A stretch of 64,000 nt of DNA from Vicugna vicugna (GCA_013265495.1 MU058387.1:1302001-1366000); one strand, 5' to 3'. Shown: positions 12,601 to 25,889, counted from the stretch's first letter. Translations and numbers: made by a program. Notes: generated from the letters alone by a model not told the origin.

Positions 12601-13532
12601 TTCCAGTGCTGATAATCTCATTGTTGCATTAATTCCTTATTGTGGATTTGTGAACTGTTGTAATATGACCGAAGTCTTCAATTCTTCTATAAATGCATTG
12701 TTTTTGCTCTTGGTTTGATTTAGAAGATCTCTGGGGTCCTTCCCATGCCTAAAATTATACAATGTTAGAGAAGAAAACATCAGTTGTAAAAGACACTCAA
12801 ATAATTCCCATTAACTATCAACAGTGTAATTACATGTTATTTTTACATCGCTCCTACAGGTTTTGTACTCGAAAAAATTAAATGATTGCATACAAAACGA
12901 GGAAATTTAGTCCTCATTTAATCCTTAATGTGAATATAGGCACAATGATTTCATTATTCTGTATCTATTGATTGCTCTTGAAATGTCCTGCTTCTGTAAT
13001 TAAGACATGCTGTAATCAGCCACATTCTAAATCCTTCCTTCAATAACCTTTTTGGCTTTATTTTTCAGTAGTCCTACATTAGATATAACAGTGCCTCACA
13101 AAATTTGAAGTTTTCAGGTAAAGCATAGTTTATTGGGGATGTCTTGTTTAAAAAAAACCTGATTCAAAGTAAAATGTGTTTGATAATGTTCCCCTTAAGG
13201 GTAGATTTTATATTGCTTATTCATCCTTCAAAAACATTTTTCTGCTGGGTGACACTGCATAAATTAAACAGTGCTGATTTATGTTATAATTAGTTATGTG
13301 GTGCAGTGTCTTAAAATAATTTCTCAAAAGAAAATTGCCTTTTCTTTTAGAGAAAAATTGGTTTAAATGTTTTTAATGCTTAAAACCATTTGGCTGAAAA
13401 AGTCTGTAATTAAAGGGCAAAATGCCACATGCATACAGCAAAGATATTGCTATGAAGTATGAGCCAATGTTTAAGTTCCCTGGAAAACATCTATATTAGA
13501 AAAAAATCAATAACTTTCCAAAACGTTTTTAA

Positions 13533-13604
13533 ACCCCTAACAATGTTCTTTAGTCTTTTCAAGTTATCACCCCTAACAATATTCTTTAGTATTTTCAAGT
13601 TATC
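13533..13604. repeat. 36-bp tandem duplication (2 copies, 2 mismatches)
   Basis: acccctaacaatgttctttagtcttttcaagttatc followed by acccctaacaatattctttagtattttcaagttatc. Confidence 0.95.
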
Positions 13605-13789
13605 TGTTTCCTTATTTTGCTTCTAAAAATGATGTGCACATGTGTACAAACACATACACACAGATTAAATAATTAAAATACATATTTTCTGAGTCAAGTA
13701 TCTGCCTTAGACTTTCACGTATTTGTAAAAATAAACCAAAGAATAACAACATTTTTTGCTCTGCAAACAACCGTTTTAAGGAGAATAAA

Positions 13790-14890
13790 ATACGAACTAC
13801 AGACTGTGAGGAAATATTTGCAAATACAGATTGACAAGGTATTTCAATCCAGAATATATAAAGAACTCTCTAAATTCAATAGTAGGAAATGGGCAAAAAA
13901 ATTGAAAAGACACTTTATCATAGAAGATACATGATGACAAATAAGCAATTGAATATGTGTTCATTATTAACCATTCCAGAAATACAAATTAAAGACACAA
14001 AAGAACCTCATGCATATAAGCTAGCCGAAATAAAAATCACAGATAATATCAACTGCTAATGAAGATGTGTGACTGTCATACATCGCTGGTGGGAATGCAA
14101 AATGGAACAGTTATTTGGCAGTTTCTTAAAAAGCTGAATGTGTAATTTAATAGGAAGAATGCAAGACATTTTCTTATAAAGCTAACATACAACCTAGCAA
14201 TGACACATCAAGAGAAGTGAAAATTTATGTCCTCACAAACCCTGGGCATGGATATTCTTTGCAGCTTTATTTGCAATAGACCCAACCTGGAAAACACCAA
14301 AACTAACATCTTTCAGTGGGTGAATGGTGAAATAAACTGTGGTACAACCATGTAGGGGAAAAGAATTCAGCAAAAAAAAAATCAGTCAACTATTAAAATA
14401 GACAACTTGTTTAGATTTTAAAGATATTTTACTGAAGAAAAGAAGCCAGTTTCAAAAGGTTACGTACTATATGATTCCATTTATATAACAGTCTTGAAAT
14501 AAAATTTTAGTGATGGAGAATAGATCAGTGGTTAGCAGGGTTAGGGAAAGTGTGGATGTTCTTACACAGTGATGCCGTGAAAGGGTTCTTTTGTGAATGG
14601 AATCAATATCCTGGTTGAGGGGTGGTTATACAAATCCACACATACAATAAAATTTCACAGATTTATACACCAAAAAATTTTTTATTTAAAAGCTGGTAAA
14701 ATCAAAATAAGGTCTCTTTGTAATGTAGTCAATAGTATTGCACTAATGTCAGTTTCCTGCTTCTGGGAATGTACTATGGATTTGTAAGATATTATTGGGA
14801 GAACCTGGATGAAGGTGTACAGGAACTCGCAGTTGTGTTTATGCAATCTTTTTAGGGCTACAATTATTTTTAAATGCATATTTTAAAAAT
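13790..14890 (+). mobile_element. Old L1M ORF2 end and 3'UTR
   Basis: 'gaaatatttgcaaat', 'tccagaatatataaagaactc', 'catacatcgctggtgggaatgcaaaatgg', 'tactatatgattccatttatataaca'. Confidence 0.85.
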
Positions 14891-16235
14891 AAATAAACAG
14901 AATATTTGTAAGTAGATAGACTAGTAATGGATATATTATGCATTTTAAATTACACATTACAACCTATTACCTACATAATAGGTTTTAAAACAGGTTACAG
15001 TAGCTTGCCAATGTTGTCTTTAATGCCTAATTATTTTCTCTGTGCAAAATATACTTAAATAACTTCCTAAGCAATACACACTCTTTAAAACAAATGTGTA
15101 TATGACTTAGAAGATATATATGTGTCATCATTTTAGGAAGAACTTTTAGATTTAGAATTTAGTAGTTATTTTAATTCAACTGAAAGAAAATTACATATGG
15201 AATGGAAAAAAACCATTGTTTTTTAATTATTTTAAAGCTGTCTTATTTTATATTGATGAAATATATTTCTAGCTAACTTTTGTCACATAAATAGATTCAT
15301 CTTATAGAAAAAGGTAACTATACATTATAATAAAAGATGTGGTTTACTAATTTGACCACTATTCATTTTGTTTCATTTGTGGTAGAGGGAAAATTTCCCT
15401 CATACATCTCTGTTTAACTTTTCCCTAACTGATTTCATGGGTCATATTTCTGAAATGTAACAGAGAAGCAGATAGATAGAGAAGTATTCATTTCTTCCCT
15501 AAGTTCTCTCATTTTTTTGAGACTTGATTTTCAGTAAAATGCATTGTGTTGAATGGCTTTTTTTGTGAAAATCTATTATAATACATTTTTTTCCAGACAG
15601 AATAATTACCTAACAACAAGCACAGCGTGTTACAGAAAACTCACTATTATCTTTTCTGAAAAGAAACAGAACTTTTCAGAAGAGAGAGGAAATAAATCAA
15701 CAGAGCACACCAACCAGTATGTTTCAGGACAAAGGAAGTTTAATGAAAGAGACACCATGATGGCTGGTTTTTTGTTGTGTGGACTGATGATTACTGTTAG
15801 GATAAAAGAGCAAATCATTATTAGAAGTTTTAGGTAATTATTTCAATGTATTATTTCTTTTCATATTGAAGACCATATCTGACTTTGATGAGATTGTTTT
15901 TAAATGTGTGCTTCAAAAGACTGAGAATAAAGACTGGAAAAAAAATCAGAACATGATGACAGAAGATACCTTCCAAGTACTTTTAAGACGTTAGATTTAA
16001 GTAGTAAATTTATGGCAATAAAAAAATTCTTTATTTAGACAATATAAGCTATAGCTTATGAAAGAAATAGTTGCTATATTTTTTAACAAAATATTTTAAA
16101 GCATTTTTTCAGCAAACACTTATTGCTTCTCAGGTATTTTGCTGGACACTTGATACTGAAACATGAGTAAACATGGCTCCTTTCTTAGATAAAAATATAT
16201 TTAAATGGACAGAAAGATAATACAGTGAACACATT

Positions 16236-16472
16236 GTAGTAGATTGAATTTTGTCCCCTAAAAAAGATATGTCTAACTCCTAACTCTTGGTTTCTGTGAA
16301 TATAAACTTATTTTCAAAGAGTCTCTGCAGATGTAATTAATTTAATGAGCTGAAGATGACATCTCACTGGATTTAGAGTGAGTCCAGAACTCAAAGACTG
16401 GTGTTACCCTAAGAAGAGGAAAGGTCACAGAGACACATACAGGGGAAAAGGCCATGTGAGATGTAGGCTGGA
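16236..16472 (+). mobile_element. MLT1C/D-like LTR, 5' part
   Basis: 'tgtagtagattgaattttgtcccctaaaaaagatatgtc', 'tctgcagatgtaattaa', 'ggccatgtgag'. Confidence 0.75.
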
Positions 16473-16829
16473 AAGCTCTACTTCACATCTTTTTCATCCT
16501 GGGACAAGCAAACATGTTCTCCCGGGAAATTCAGATGTACAAGAGTGCAAATAAAAACATGCGAATCCTTTCAGGGACTAAGAATGGAACTTGCCTACTG
16601 ACTTTTCTGCTTTATTCTACTGCCCAGATAAAAAAAAAATTACCAAGACATTGAAAAATATATTCTTCTCCTTCAGTGGGAGTAACTTTGAAGTTCCGTG
16701 GAAAAGGACATGAGTCCAAGGAGACTTGTTAAAAGAGGCCAATAATACAATTGGCCTTACTTGGCTACAAGGTGCACTATATTTCTACATTTTCTCTTGT
16801 ATTTCAGAAAAATTTTCCCTAAGATTCTT

Positions 16830-17370
16830 AGCTATTCTTTCTCATGTCCTAAATCTCGAATCAATGGATTGCCCTTGGGCTCAGTCCTTGGGCCCCTTTT
16901 CTTTTCTACATACTTTCTTTTTAAGTTTTCTCATCTAGCTTCCCAGGCTACAGGTAACATGCATTCCGTAAGAGCAGGGATTTTTTTTTTTAACTGGTAT
17001 AGTTCATGGGTATACAAAGGCTTGGCACACATATGTGCTCTCCTAGTGAAATACATTTTTGAATGAATGAGTCTGTAAATCAATATGATGATGATTCAGG
17101 AATTCCTGCCTTCACCTCTTCTTTGACCTCTAAGCACATATATCTTACTGCCTCTTCAAGATATCTACTTAAATGTCTTTTAAGAATTTCAAGTTAATCT
17201 TTTGAAAACTAAATTACAAATTTTTCCTGCCCAAATCTTCTACAAATGAGCAAATGGCAAATCCACCTTTCCACTTGGTGAAACCTAAAACCTGGACATT
17301 GTCTTTGATGTCTCCCTCTCTCTCATACCTGATACTTGTATTACATAAGCACATCTCTGTAACCACTTTG
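16830..17370 (+). mobile_element. LINE-2 fragments
   Basis: 'gggctcagtccttgggcccc', 'gaatgaatga' tail, 'aacctaaaacctggacattgtctttgatgtctccctctctctca'. Confidence 0.65.
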
Positions 17371-17379
17371 AAAGTTGGC

Positions 17380-17850
17380 CTGGAAATTTCTTATAGTGTT
17401 TAACATATTCATACCAGCTTTTTTGATATTAGCCCCACAGTGGAAACAACCCAAATATCCATTAACAAGAGACTAGATAAACAAGGTTTGGATATTCATG
17501 CAATGGAACACTACCCAGAAATAAAAAGGAAGACGCTATTGATATATGCAACAACATTGATGAAAAGCAAAAACATTATGCTGAGCTAAATAAGCTAAAA
17601 TAAAAAGGAGTACATATGATTTCATTTATATGAATTTCTGGCAGTGGCATAACTAATTTTTGAGAAAAGAAATCAGAGCAGCATCTGCATGGAGGTCAGT
17701 GATGGACTGAAAAGAAACATAATGAATATTTCTTGAATAATAAAAATGTTTTCTATATTGATATAGCTATATATTATACAGGTATGAGCAATTGCCAAAA
17801 TTCTCTATATTCTAAGCTTTGAAGTATGCATTCCACTATATAAATTATGT
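17380..17850 (+). mobile_element. Old L1M 3' region
   Basis: 'tggaaacaacccaaatatccattaacaagagactagataaacaa', 'aaaacattatgctgag'. Confidence 0.8.
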
Positions 17851-18330
17851 AATTTAAGAAAACAATATCATTACAAATATATTTAAGATATCAAGAATAG
17901 TATTAAAATAAAATACCTAAAACAATAACTATGAAACTTAATGAATTGAACATTATTAATATTTCAGAAGTTCTTCATGTGTTCTTGAATGTGCCACCTA
18001 CACTTTCTCCCCAAAGTGGACAGTGCTGAAATACGTGTTGTTACTTTCTTGTTTTTTATTATATATTACATATTATATATAATGCATATATTATATGTAC
18101 TATTATATACATAAGTAATTTATTGCATAAGTTTATGTTTGCAACCCTATCATATTATGTCATATTATATAAATACGATTCTGCAATTTGCTTTAAGTTT
18201 CTTTTCATGAGTAGAAGTATTCCAATTTAATGTAGTCAAATTTATCGATCTTTTCCTTATAGTTTAAAGTTTACATTGGTTGTTTCTTGTTTAAAACTTT
18301 CAAATCTCATAATATATAAAAACATCTTAA

Positions 18331-18682
18331 ATACCATATGAGATCGCTCATATGTGGAATCTAAAAAACAAAAACAAACAAACAAACAAAAACAAAGCAT
18401 AAATACAGGACAGAAATACATGGACAGAGAATACAGACTTGTGGTTACCAGGGGGGTAGAGGGTGGGAAGGGATAGACTGGGGTTTCAAAATTGTAGAAT
18501 AGATAAACAAGATTACACTGTATAGCACAGGGAAATATACATAAAATGTTATGATAAATCACAGAGAAAAAAATGTGACAATGAGTGTGTATATGTTCAT
18601 GAATGACTGAAAAATTGTGCTGAACACTGGAATTTGACACAACACTGTAAAATGATTATGAATCAATAAAAAATGTTAAAAA
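18331..18682 (+). mobile_element. Young camelid-type L1, 5'-truncated 3'UTR
   Basis: L1 3'UTR with G-rich tract, aataaa and A-tail. 13-bp TSD aaaaacatcttaa (18318-18330) / aaaaacgtcttaa (18683-18695), one CpG-type mismatch. Confidence 0.92.
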
Positions 18683-19344
18683 AAAAACGTCTTAAGTAAT
18701 TCTTTTTTCAAGTTTTGTCTTTCAGATTTAAGTCCTCTGACTGCCTGGAATTGTTACTTATGTCTGGTATTCAGTAAGGATCTGATTTTGCTTGTTTTCC
18801 CTTTGGGTGATCCAGCACCAGTTATTGAAGAACTCCCCTGTTCTTCCGCTGAACTGCACGGCTCTGTCACACGTCAAGTTTCCACGTGTGTGTGGTTCTG
18901 TTTTTGCTGTCTTACTATGTCGCACTGTTCAAGTTTTCCACCCTTGTGCCACTAGCATACTGACTTAATGTCTAGAACCTTACCATAACCATTAATAAAT
19001 GACTGGTTGGTAACCCCCCCCCATCTCTTGCCTGTCTCTGCTCCTTCTCCTTTTTTTCAGGAGTACCTTAACTATCCTTGAATTCACATTTTAGAATAGC
19101 TTGCCAAGTTCCATTATTTTGGATTTTGAATAGAATTGTGTTAACTGGACAGAACAAAGTAATAGAATTTATATCTCCACCATACAGAATCTCCCTGTCT
19201 ATGGCACATATTGAAGTTTAGGTCTGATTTAATGTGAAATATAGTATCTTATCATTTTCTCCTAAATATGTTGCCCAATTTCTCTCAGACCTATTCATAG
19301 ATACCTTATATCTTTGTTTCAATATGAATGACATTTTAAAAAAT

Positions 19345-19590
19345 ATTTTTATTGAAGTATAGTCAGTTTACAATGTTATGTCAATTTCTGGTCACTGCTT
19401 CAGTCATATAGGAACACACATATATTCATTTTCATGTTATTTTTTTACCATAAGTTACTGGAAGACATTGAATATAGTTCCCTGTGCTATACAGTATAAA
19501 TTCGTTGTTTATCTATTTTTTATATATTAGTTAGTATCTGCAAGTCTCGAATTCCCAGTTTATCCCTTCCCACCTTCTTCCCCAGTAATC
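19345..19590 (-). mobile_element. Camelid-type L1 3' end
   Basis: 'ttttattgaagtatagtcagtttacaatgtt...aatatagttccctgtgctatacag'; same family as the copies at 4474, 33515 and 34870. Confidence 0.88.
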
Positions 19591-20492
19591 AAAAAGTGAA
19601 ATATTTCTGTGTTTACCTTTCTACTTTTTATTTACTAGTAAATATGCAATTGATTTCTCAAATTATTGCAAAATATCCTCTGAGTAATTTGAATAATCTA
19701 CGCACACCCATTTTGAGCACTGTACATAATCAAACATATCATCTGGGGATAACTAAGAGATGTGAGCATTTCTGTTTGATTAACTTTTTTTCTTCTTCTT
19801 GTCTTACAGAACTAGCTAAGGGATTCCAGTTCAATAATCATGAGTGTATTCTGTTCTTGATTTTAGAGGAAATTTTTCTAACATTTCATCATTAAGTATG
19901 ATGTTTCCTAGAGATTTTTCTAGTTCCCCTTAATCAAGTTAATATGATATCCATCAATTCCTTAGTTGCTAATATAATTTATTAACAATGGGTTGAGATT
20001 TTTCTCAAGTGGTTTTCCTTTTCATTTATGGAAAACATCATATAGTATTTTACCTTTAATTGGCTAATATGGTAAATACTGAGAAAGTCTCTAAATTTGA
20101 ATCAAAATTGCATTTTGCCTTCCTGGCATACACCCAGATTATACTGATTATAAATTCTTTGGAATCTGGTGTAAAGTTTATTTTTGGTGTCAGGTCTTTT
20201 AACATGTGTTTGATTATACACTCTCCTTTTTCATTTTCTCAATAAGTTTGTGTAAGATTAAAATCATGTATTTACAACCACCTTATAAATATTGGAGCCA
20301 GATATTCTTATATTTAAAATATTTTAAAACTATTTATTCAACTTATTTGATGAAATCAAATTATTTAATTTAAACCAATAAATTACTTTATTTATCTTTC
20401 AGCCAGTTATTTTTTTTAATTGGCAATTTGTGGCTCTTTGTCCAAGATATTTTGCATAATACTGATGTAGTCAAAGACACCAAGATGATCTA

Positions 20493-20862
20493 TGATGCTT
20501 GGCTGTATATGTCAACTTAATTAGACTTCTGTGCTGTTATTCAATCAAACACAGGTCTAGGTACTACTCTTGAAATATTTTATAAATGTGGATAAATTGT
20601 ACGATCAGACAATCTTAAGTAAAGGGAATACTTCTTGATAATGTGTGTGGACCTTATTCAACCAGCTGAAAGTACTTAAAAACAAAACTTAGTTATCCCA
20701 GAGAAAGAAGAAATGATTGCAGCATTGGCTCTTCAGTATTTCCAGGCTTCCAGTCTATTTTACACATTTTGGACCTGCCAACTCCTACTGTGGCACACGT
20801 CAATTCTTTGAAATCTCTTTGCTCCTACTAGTCTGTTTCTCTGGAGAATCCTGATTAATATA
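20493..20862 (+). mobile_element. ERVL solo LTR (MLT2-like)
   Basis: 'atgtcaactt', 'caatcaaacacaggtctaggt', 'aagtaaagg...ataatgtgtgtggaccttattcaaccagctgaa', end 'ctgtttctctggagaatcctgattaata'. Confidence 0.8.
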
Positions 20863-22614
20863 TGTCTTAGTTGAGATCTCATGTTCCAGACTCTATCTTT
20901 GTCCTCTCATCTTCTTCCATCACAAGGTGCTCTAGGCCCTGTCGTCAGACTTTATTAAGAGGAGACTTTTTTCAGCCTTTCCTCCAAATTTTGTCTTTTG
21001 GTTAAGTCACCAATCTCATAAGAAGTACTTTTCTTCCTCAGTAGATCAGAGGAGCTGAAACCCTGGTCCCCACTGCCTTTTGCAAAATATAGTATCCTTA
21101 GTCCTGATCACAACTTCAGGTTTCAGTCTCTCAAGATGTTTATCTTGATTTTGAGCCTGGATTTATCTTTTTCTAAGTTACAGGAGAATGTGTGCGTTAA
21201 AGTAAGCTGCACTATCTTCCTTATTCACTCTTCCTATCCAGTAATGTGTCTATACATTTAGGAAAGTATTATTTTTGCCTGTTTTCAGAAATATAACCGG
21301 AAATGATTTTCCACTAACTGGGTTCCTACAATTTTCTTTCTACTAGAAGTGTTTAAAATTAAATGAAAGAGTTTGAGGTGAAAGTTGATAGTGATGTACT
21401 ATTTGAAGAATGAATTTTAGGAAATGGTGACTCAGTGAGAGCAGATAAACTATGCACTGTTTCTCTCTGTGTTTTAACCTTCTACTAATGTCTAATGTCT
21501 TGTATACAGAACATAATAGCATGGGCTGCTGATGATGAGAACTAATTATTTAATTGAGGAAAAAAATATTTTGAGAATCCTCAAGGTTAACCCTGAATTT
21601 GTCTGTAAACTCTGGTTCTGCATTTGAAAAGAAGGAAACTTGTAGACATCCAGTGAAATGACAGTTAGATCCTCTTGGATTTTTTATTACCAGTTTGTCT
21701 CAAAGCATTGCCTTTAAAATGTCACTAGGGGAATGACAAAAGATGAAAGAAATGTACATTTGGGCCCAATACAAGGAATTAAATAATCTGCAAGCAACCT
21801 TATAGGAAGAATAGAACACAGAGATTTGTTCCTAAGCTAGAAGAAGCCACAAAATGCTAAGCAAATGAGCACAAAGCTTGTAGTATGAGAATGGGATTTG
21901 CCAGACTTGCCCCCTAAAAAAAATTTCAGAAATATCATTCATCTATAAGTTTATATTTGTGGTCACCACATATAGAAAACTGAGATGTGACATGGTCTAT
22001 TCTAATTCACCAGTAAGCGTTTGGTTCTGGGACAAAAACTCAATTGCTGGCACTTTAGATTTCAATAAAGCCTCAGAAGAGTATATGTCTAAAGTATATG
22101 GAACTGTATTTTCGCAGAGTCATTCATATCAGTAATACAGAAAAGGACCACCTAGATAGTACCGAAGTATTAAAAATGGGCATCAATTAAAATATTGGCC
22201 ATAAGCTATGGAGGAAAATAAAAGAAATTCAATAGTAGAACACTTAAATATGTAACCATGAAATGACTGTATTTATAAACTGCCAATGGCGATGAAATAT
22301 GGGGACAAGCTGTGCTTCCTAATAGAGTTAATGTACTCAAAGTGACATTTAAAAAAACTCTTACACTTTTGAAGTTCAGTGGGTTCCTCTCTGATAACAT
22401 GCCCCTGACCTTGGTCTTAATCTGGTATTATTTTCATAATTTCAGGTTTTTTTTATTTAATTGAACTCACATAAAAATAGAAGGGAAATATAGAAATGTA
22501 TTTTAAATATGTTATCTCAGAGTATGGAAAATGTGAACAGCTCTTACAAAAGCCTGAGTTTCAACCTTTCAAGGTGACTCTAATCTACGTTTCCACAGTA
22601 AATGAGAATATATA

Positions 22615-23000
22615 TCGTCATAATGCGTTTCTATGGTAACTATTTTTTTTACTGAAAATAAACTAATGGATCTTATCAGAAGATTGCCCTTCATGGGCTT
22701 TGGTCAAATAACTGCGTCTTTTTATTTATCTACTCTGAAAGGTCTTTAATATCCATTATTCTGATCTTTGCTCACTTGGAGATGCCGGAAGGATTGAGGT
22801 TGTTTGAGGCTTTTTTATCAGGAAGCAACAGGTGGCTAACTGAGCGGGTTAGATAAGTAAGTGATCTAACTAGGAACAATAGGTCAGAATTCATTTTATT
22901 TCAGGGCGTACCGGTGCTGGAACCAAGGTTGCCATAGCAGACAACGATACGGAAGGAGATTAGGCACGGATGCTAGAAATTCCAAGGAAAGAAGATTCTC
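22615..23000. promoter_or_regulatory. Candidate RFX X-box / CRE half-site regulatory element
   Basis: GTTTCTATGGTAAC (22627-22640) and GTTGCCATAGCAGA (22928-22941), two CGTCA half-sites, and locally raised CpG. Motif evidence only. Confidence 0.35.
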
Positions 23001-23669
23001 TCCGTCACTAGTGACCCATAATTACCATAAATATGTTTAGTGTTATGATATTCATTAACAACACAGGTAATTAAATTCACATTAAAGAACCACACATACA
23101 AAGGGCACTTTCAGGTTTTCAGTATCAATGTTCTCAAGGCTGGTGCCAAGGTCCTATAAGACAACCAAAACTCCAGCTCCTGAACATCGCCCTGCATTTT
23201 CTCACCTCCCAGGACCTCATCGCCCAGCACAAAATGGGAACAACAATAGTTCTCCTGCTTCTTTGATAAGACTGTTTTGAGAATAAAATACTGGACTGAG
23301 ACGGATTCTTCCACAAGCCAGTTTGCTCCTTGGTAACCGCTCCCAGAGCGCTGAGTACTTTCCGATGGCCTGAGTAGTTTTCCATCTGTCTCCAGTCTGG
23401 AGGCTTGCTCCCAGAGCACACGAAAATTCTTGAAAGAGAGCGATGGAAAAGCATCACAGCTTAAGACCTGTAATATGCAAGATAAATTGCTTCTGGTGTT
23501 GAAGTTACCTCCAGCTTAAGAAACTGAAAGCAAATCTTGACACATAGAGACATGTAAGTAATATCTTATTAGATTATGGTAGGCATCTCAGGGAGATAGA
23601 AATTTAGTCCTCTCCTTTTTTTTAAAAAAAAAAAAAATCCCCTATCCCCAATCACAATCTCTTTTTTAT

Positions 23670-24365
23670 CTGTTTTATAACATGGCTCTCAAATTCTTTG
23701 ACACTGCTGTAATTCTGATTCTTTGCATCTGGATCAGAAGGTGTGCACTGAGTCCTCGGAGGCTGGACCAAAAGGCGAGGTGTCACCAAAGCACTCACAC
23801 TTGCAGCCCTCGGTTGCCACAAAGGCTACCTGACTACCTGGTAGCCACCTTGCTGTGAGGAAGCCAAGCTGCAGCGTGATGCGATGTGTTGGTGCTCTTG
23901 TCAGCTGTCTCAGGTGAGCGTAGCCATCCCCTGTATCCTCTTTATGAAGTCCTGATCCACCACTTCTGCAAGAATAATAAAATGCTTGATTTTAACTCTT
24001 GTTAAAAGTGAAGTAATTGTTACCCAGCAGTAGTAGCTGCTACAGAAATTTTATTCCAGAGGTAAAATGGTGAGATTTCCAGACTTTGAGTTAATGCTTT
24101 AACAAGCTGAGACTATGGGAGTGTGTGTCTATGTGTGTGTGTGCATGTATGTGTGTGTGTATGGGGAGACTGGGCATCCTGCATATGAGAGGAATGTAAA
24201 TTATAATTGGTCAAAGGACTCCATACAGTGATTTCAAAACATGATTCCCAAATCCTTTGACATTTCTCCATTTACTAATTGGAATCTCTGCCCTTCCCTT
24301 TAATCGTGGCAGCCTTTGACTAACAGAGTACACTAATGAAGCTGTAGGTAATTTGTTATTTAACC
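23670..24365 (+). mobile_element. MLT1G-like LTR, short MaLR internal remnant and a second degraded LTR
   Basis: The LTR start motif occurs twice ('aacatggctctcaaattctttgaca' ~23680 and 'aacatgattcccaaatcctttgaca' ~24238). Between them is MaLR-int-like 'ttccagactttgagttaatgct...tgcatatgagagga'. Confidence 0.7.
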
Positions 24366-25889
24366 CTTTGACCTTGAATATCCCTTTCCATTTAGAAGTT
24401 TATAGCATCTGTTCAGCAATAATACATACCACGAAATGCACATGTTTTCAGAGTATGGCTAGGTGAGTTTTGGCAGTTGAGTACACCTGTATAACCACCA
24501 CTCCATTAGGTTATGGAGCATTTTCAGAAAACTCTCTGGAACCAAGTGGCTCTTTCCAGACATCTTTATTTTCCTCTTCCCACCCTCACCCCTCACCCCA
24601 TCCAGGCAACTACTATTCTGAGCTCTATTAGAATAGGTTTTGTTTATTTGCCAGAGATACTTTTGAACTCCAATTTTACATTTTATGGTAACCCTTGCAA
24701 GTAAATGTAGCAGGTGACTAGTTCTTACCAATGAAATTAGTATAAACCATGTGTGCCTTCTCCACCCTCTCTTCCAGTTGGCTAACTGGAAGGGCACAAA
24801 ATGGAAGGAGGTCAGAGTCATGAACCCCTGTTTGGTATCACCCATTGAATTCCACCTTGGACCATTGCATGGGTGAGAAGGAAACTTTCACTAGGTCCAC
24901 TTACCGTATCTTATTCATTGCAGCATACAGCCTTTTCTCAACCAATACACCAGAAACAATAGACTCTAAGGATCCAGCATCTTGTGATTGAAAGCGACAA
25001 TGACTGATCAGTCATATGCATCTGAATATAATCGATGGCAATACTAAGAAGAGAAGAGAAAAGCATTCTTAAGACCTTTTAACAACTATTGTTTAATCAC
25101 TGTGGGTTATTATTTCCTGTTTATTTTCCTGTGGCTCATTCTGAAGACTTAACGTTAATATGGTTGCTTTAGCTTGTGACTTATATCCACATTTATCCAA
25201 TAAGTAGAGCATGTTTGAATTTTTAGTATTACTTTCATTTTCAGTTTCATTTGTTAATGCAGAAAGAGTTCAAAATCCTTCACTAAATTATTTCTTAAGT
25301 CTAATACTATTTCCTCATGAAATTAGGAGATTCATTTTTAACTTTAAAAGGAAAGGTCAATGATAAAAACAGACAACACCAAGTCTCTGTGCCAATGTAT
25401 AAGATTTTGGGAATAATTACTTCATTTAAATTTCTTCCTTTATATAATTTAAAATATTGTTTTACATCCCTTTATAACTGCCTTTAACCTCTGACATATT
25501 TTGTTTAATATAAACTAATAGGATTTAAGAATTAGATTTGTATTTACTTTACAAGGAGATAATCTTCAATGACAAAAAGAATCTCTACAGTGTTTAGGAC
25601 AATGAGAAATATATTGTGATTTTTTTGGACTTGATATCATGACTTATTAATGTCACAGACAGCAAGCTAACTAAAAAGGATGTGTGGACCTTTTCATTTC
25701 ACAGAGTTGTTGCTGAACATCTTCAACTGGATGATCCAATAGCTTAATCTGAAAATGTCAAAATTCAAAATAACATGGTACTGTGGTTGTATAACTTCTA
25801 AGGGAAATTGCACAAGTTGTTATGAGGATTAAATAAAATAATATGTGTAAAATACTGAAAATATCTATGATGATGATTTTCCTCATCAA

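Larger units (their letters stand above)
17900..20340 (-). mobile_element. Old degenerate L1 (antisense) hosting two younger L1 insertions
   Basis: 'atttaatgtagtcaaatttatc', 'tccagcaccagttattgaa', 'tttctaacatttcatcattaagtatgatg'. Confidence 0.7.
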
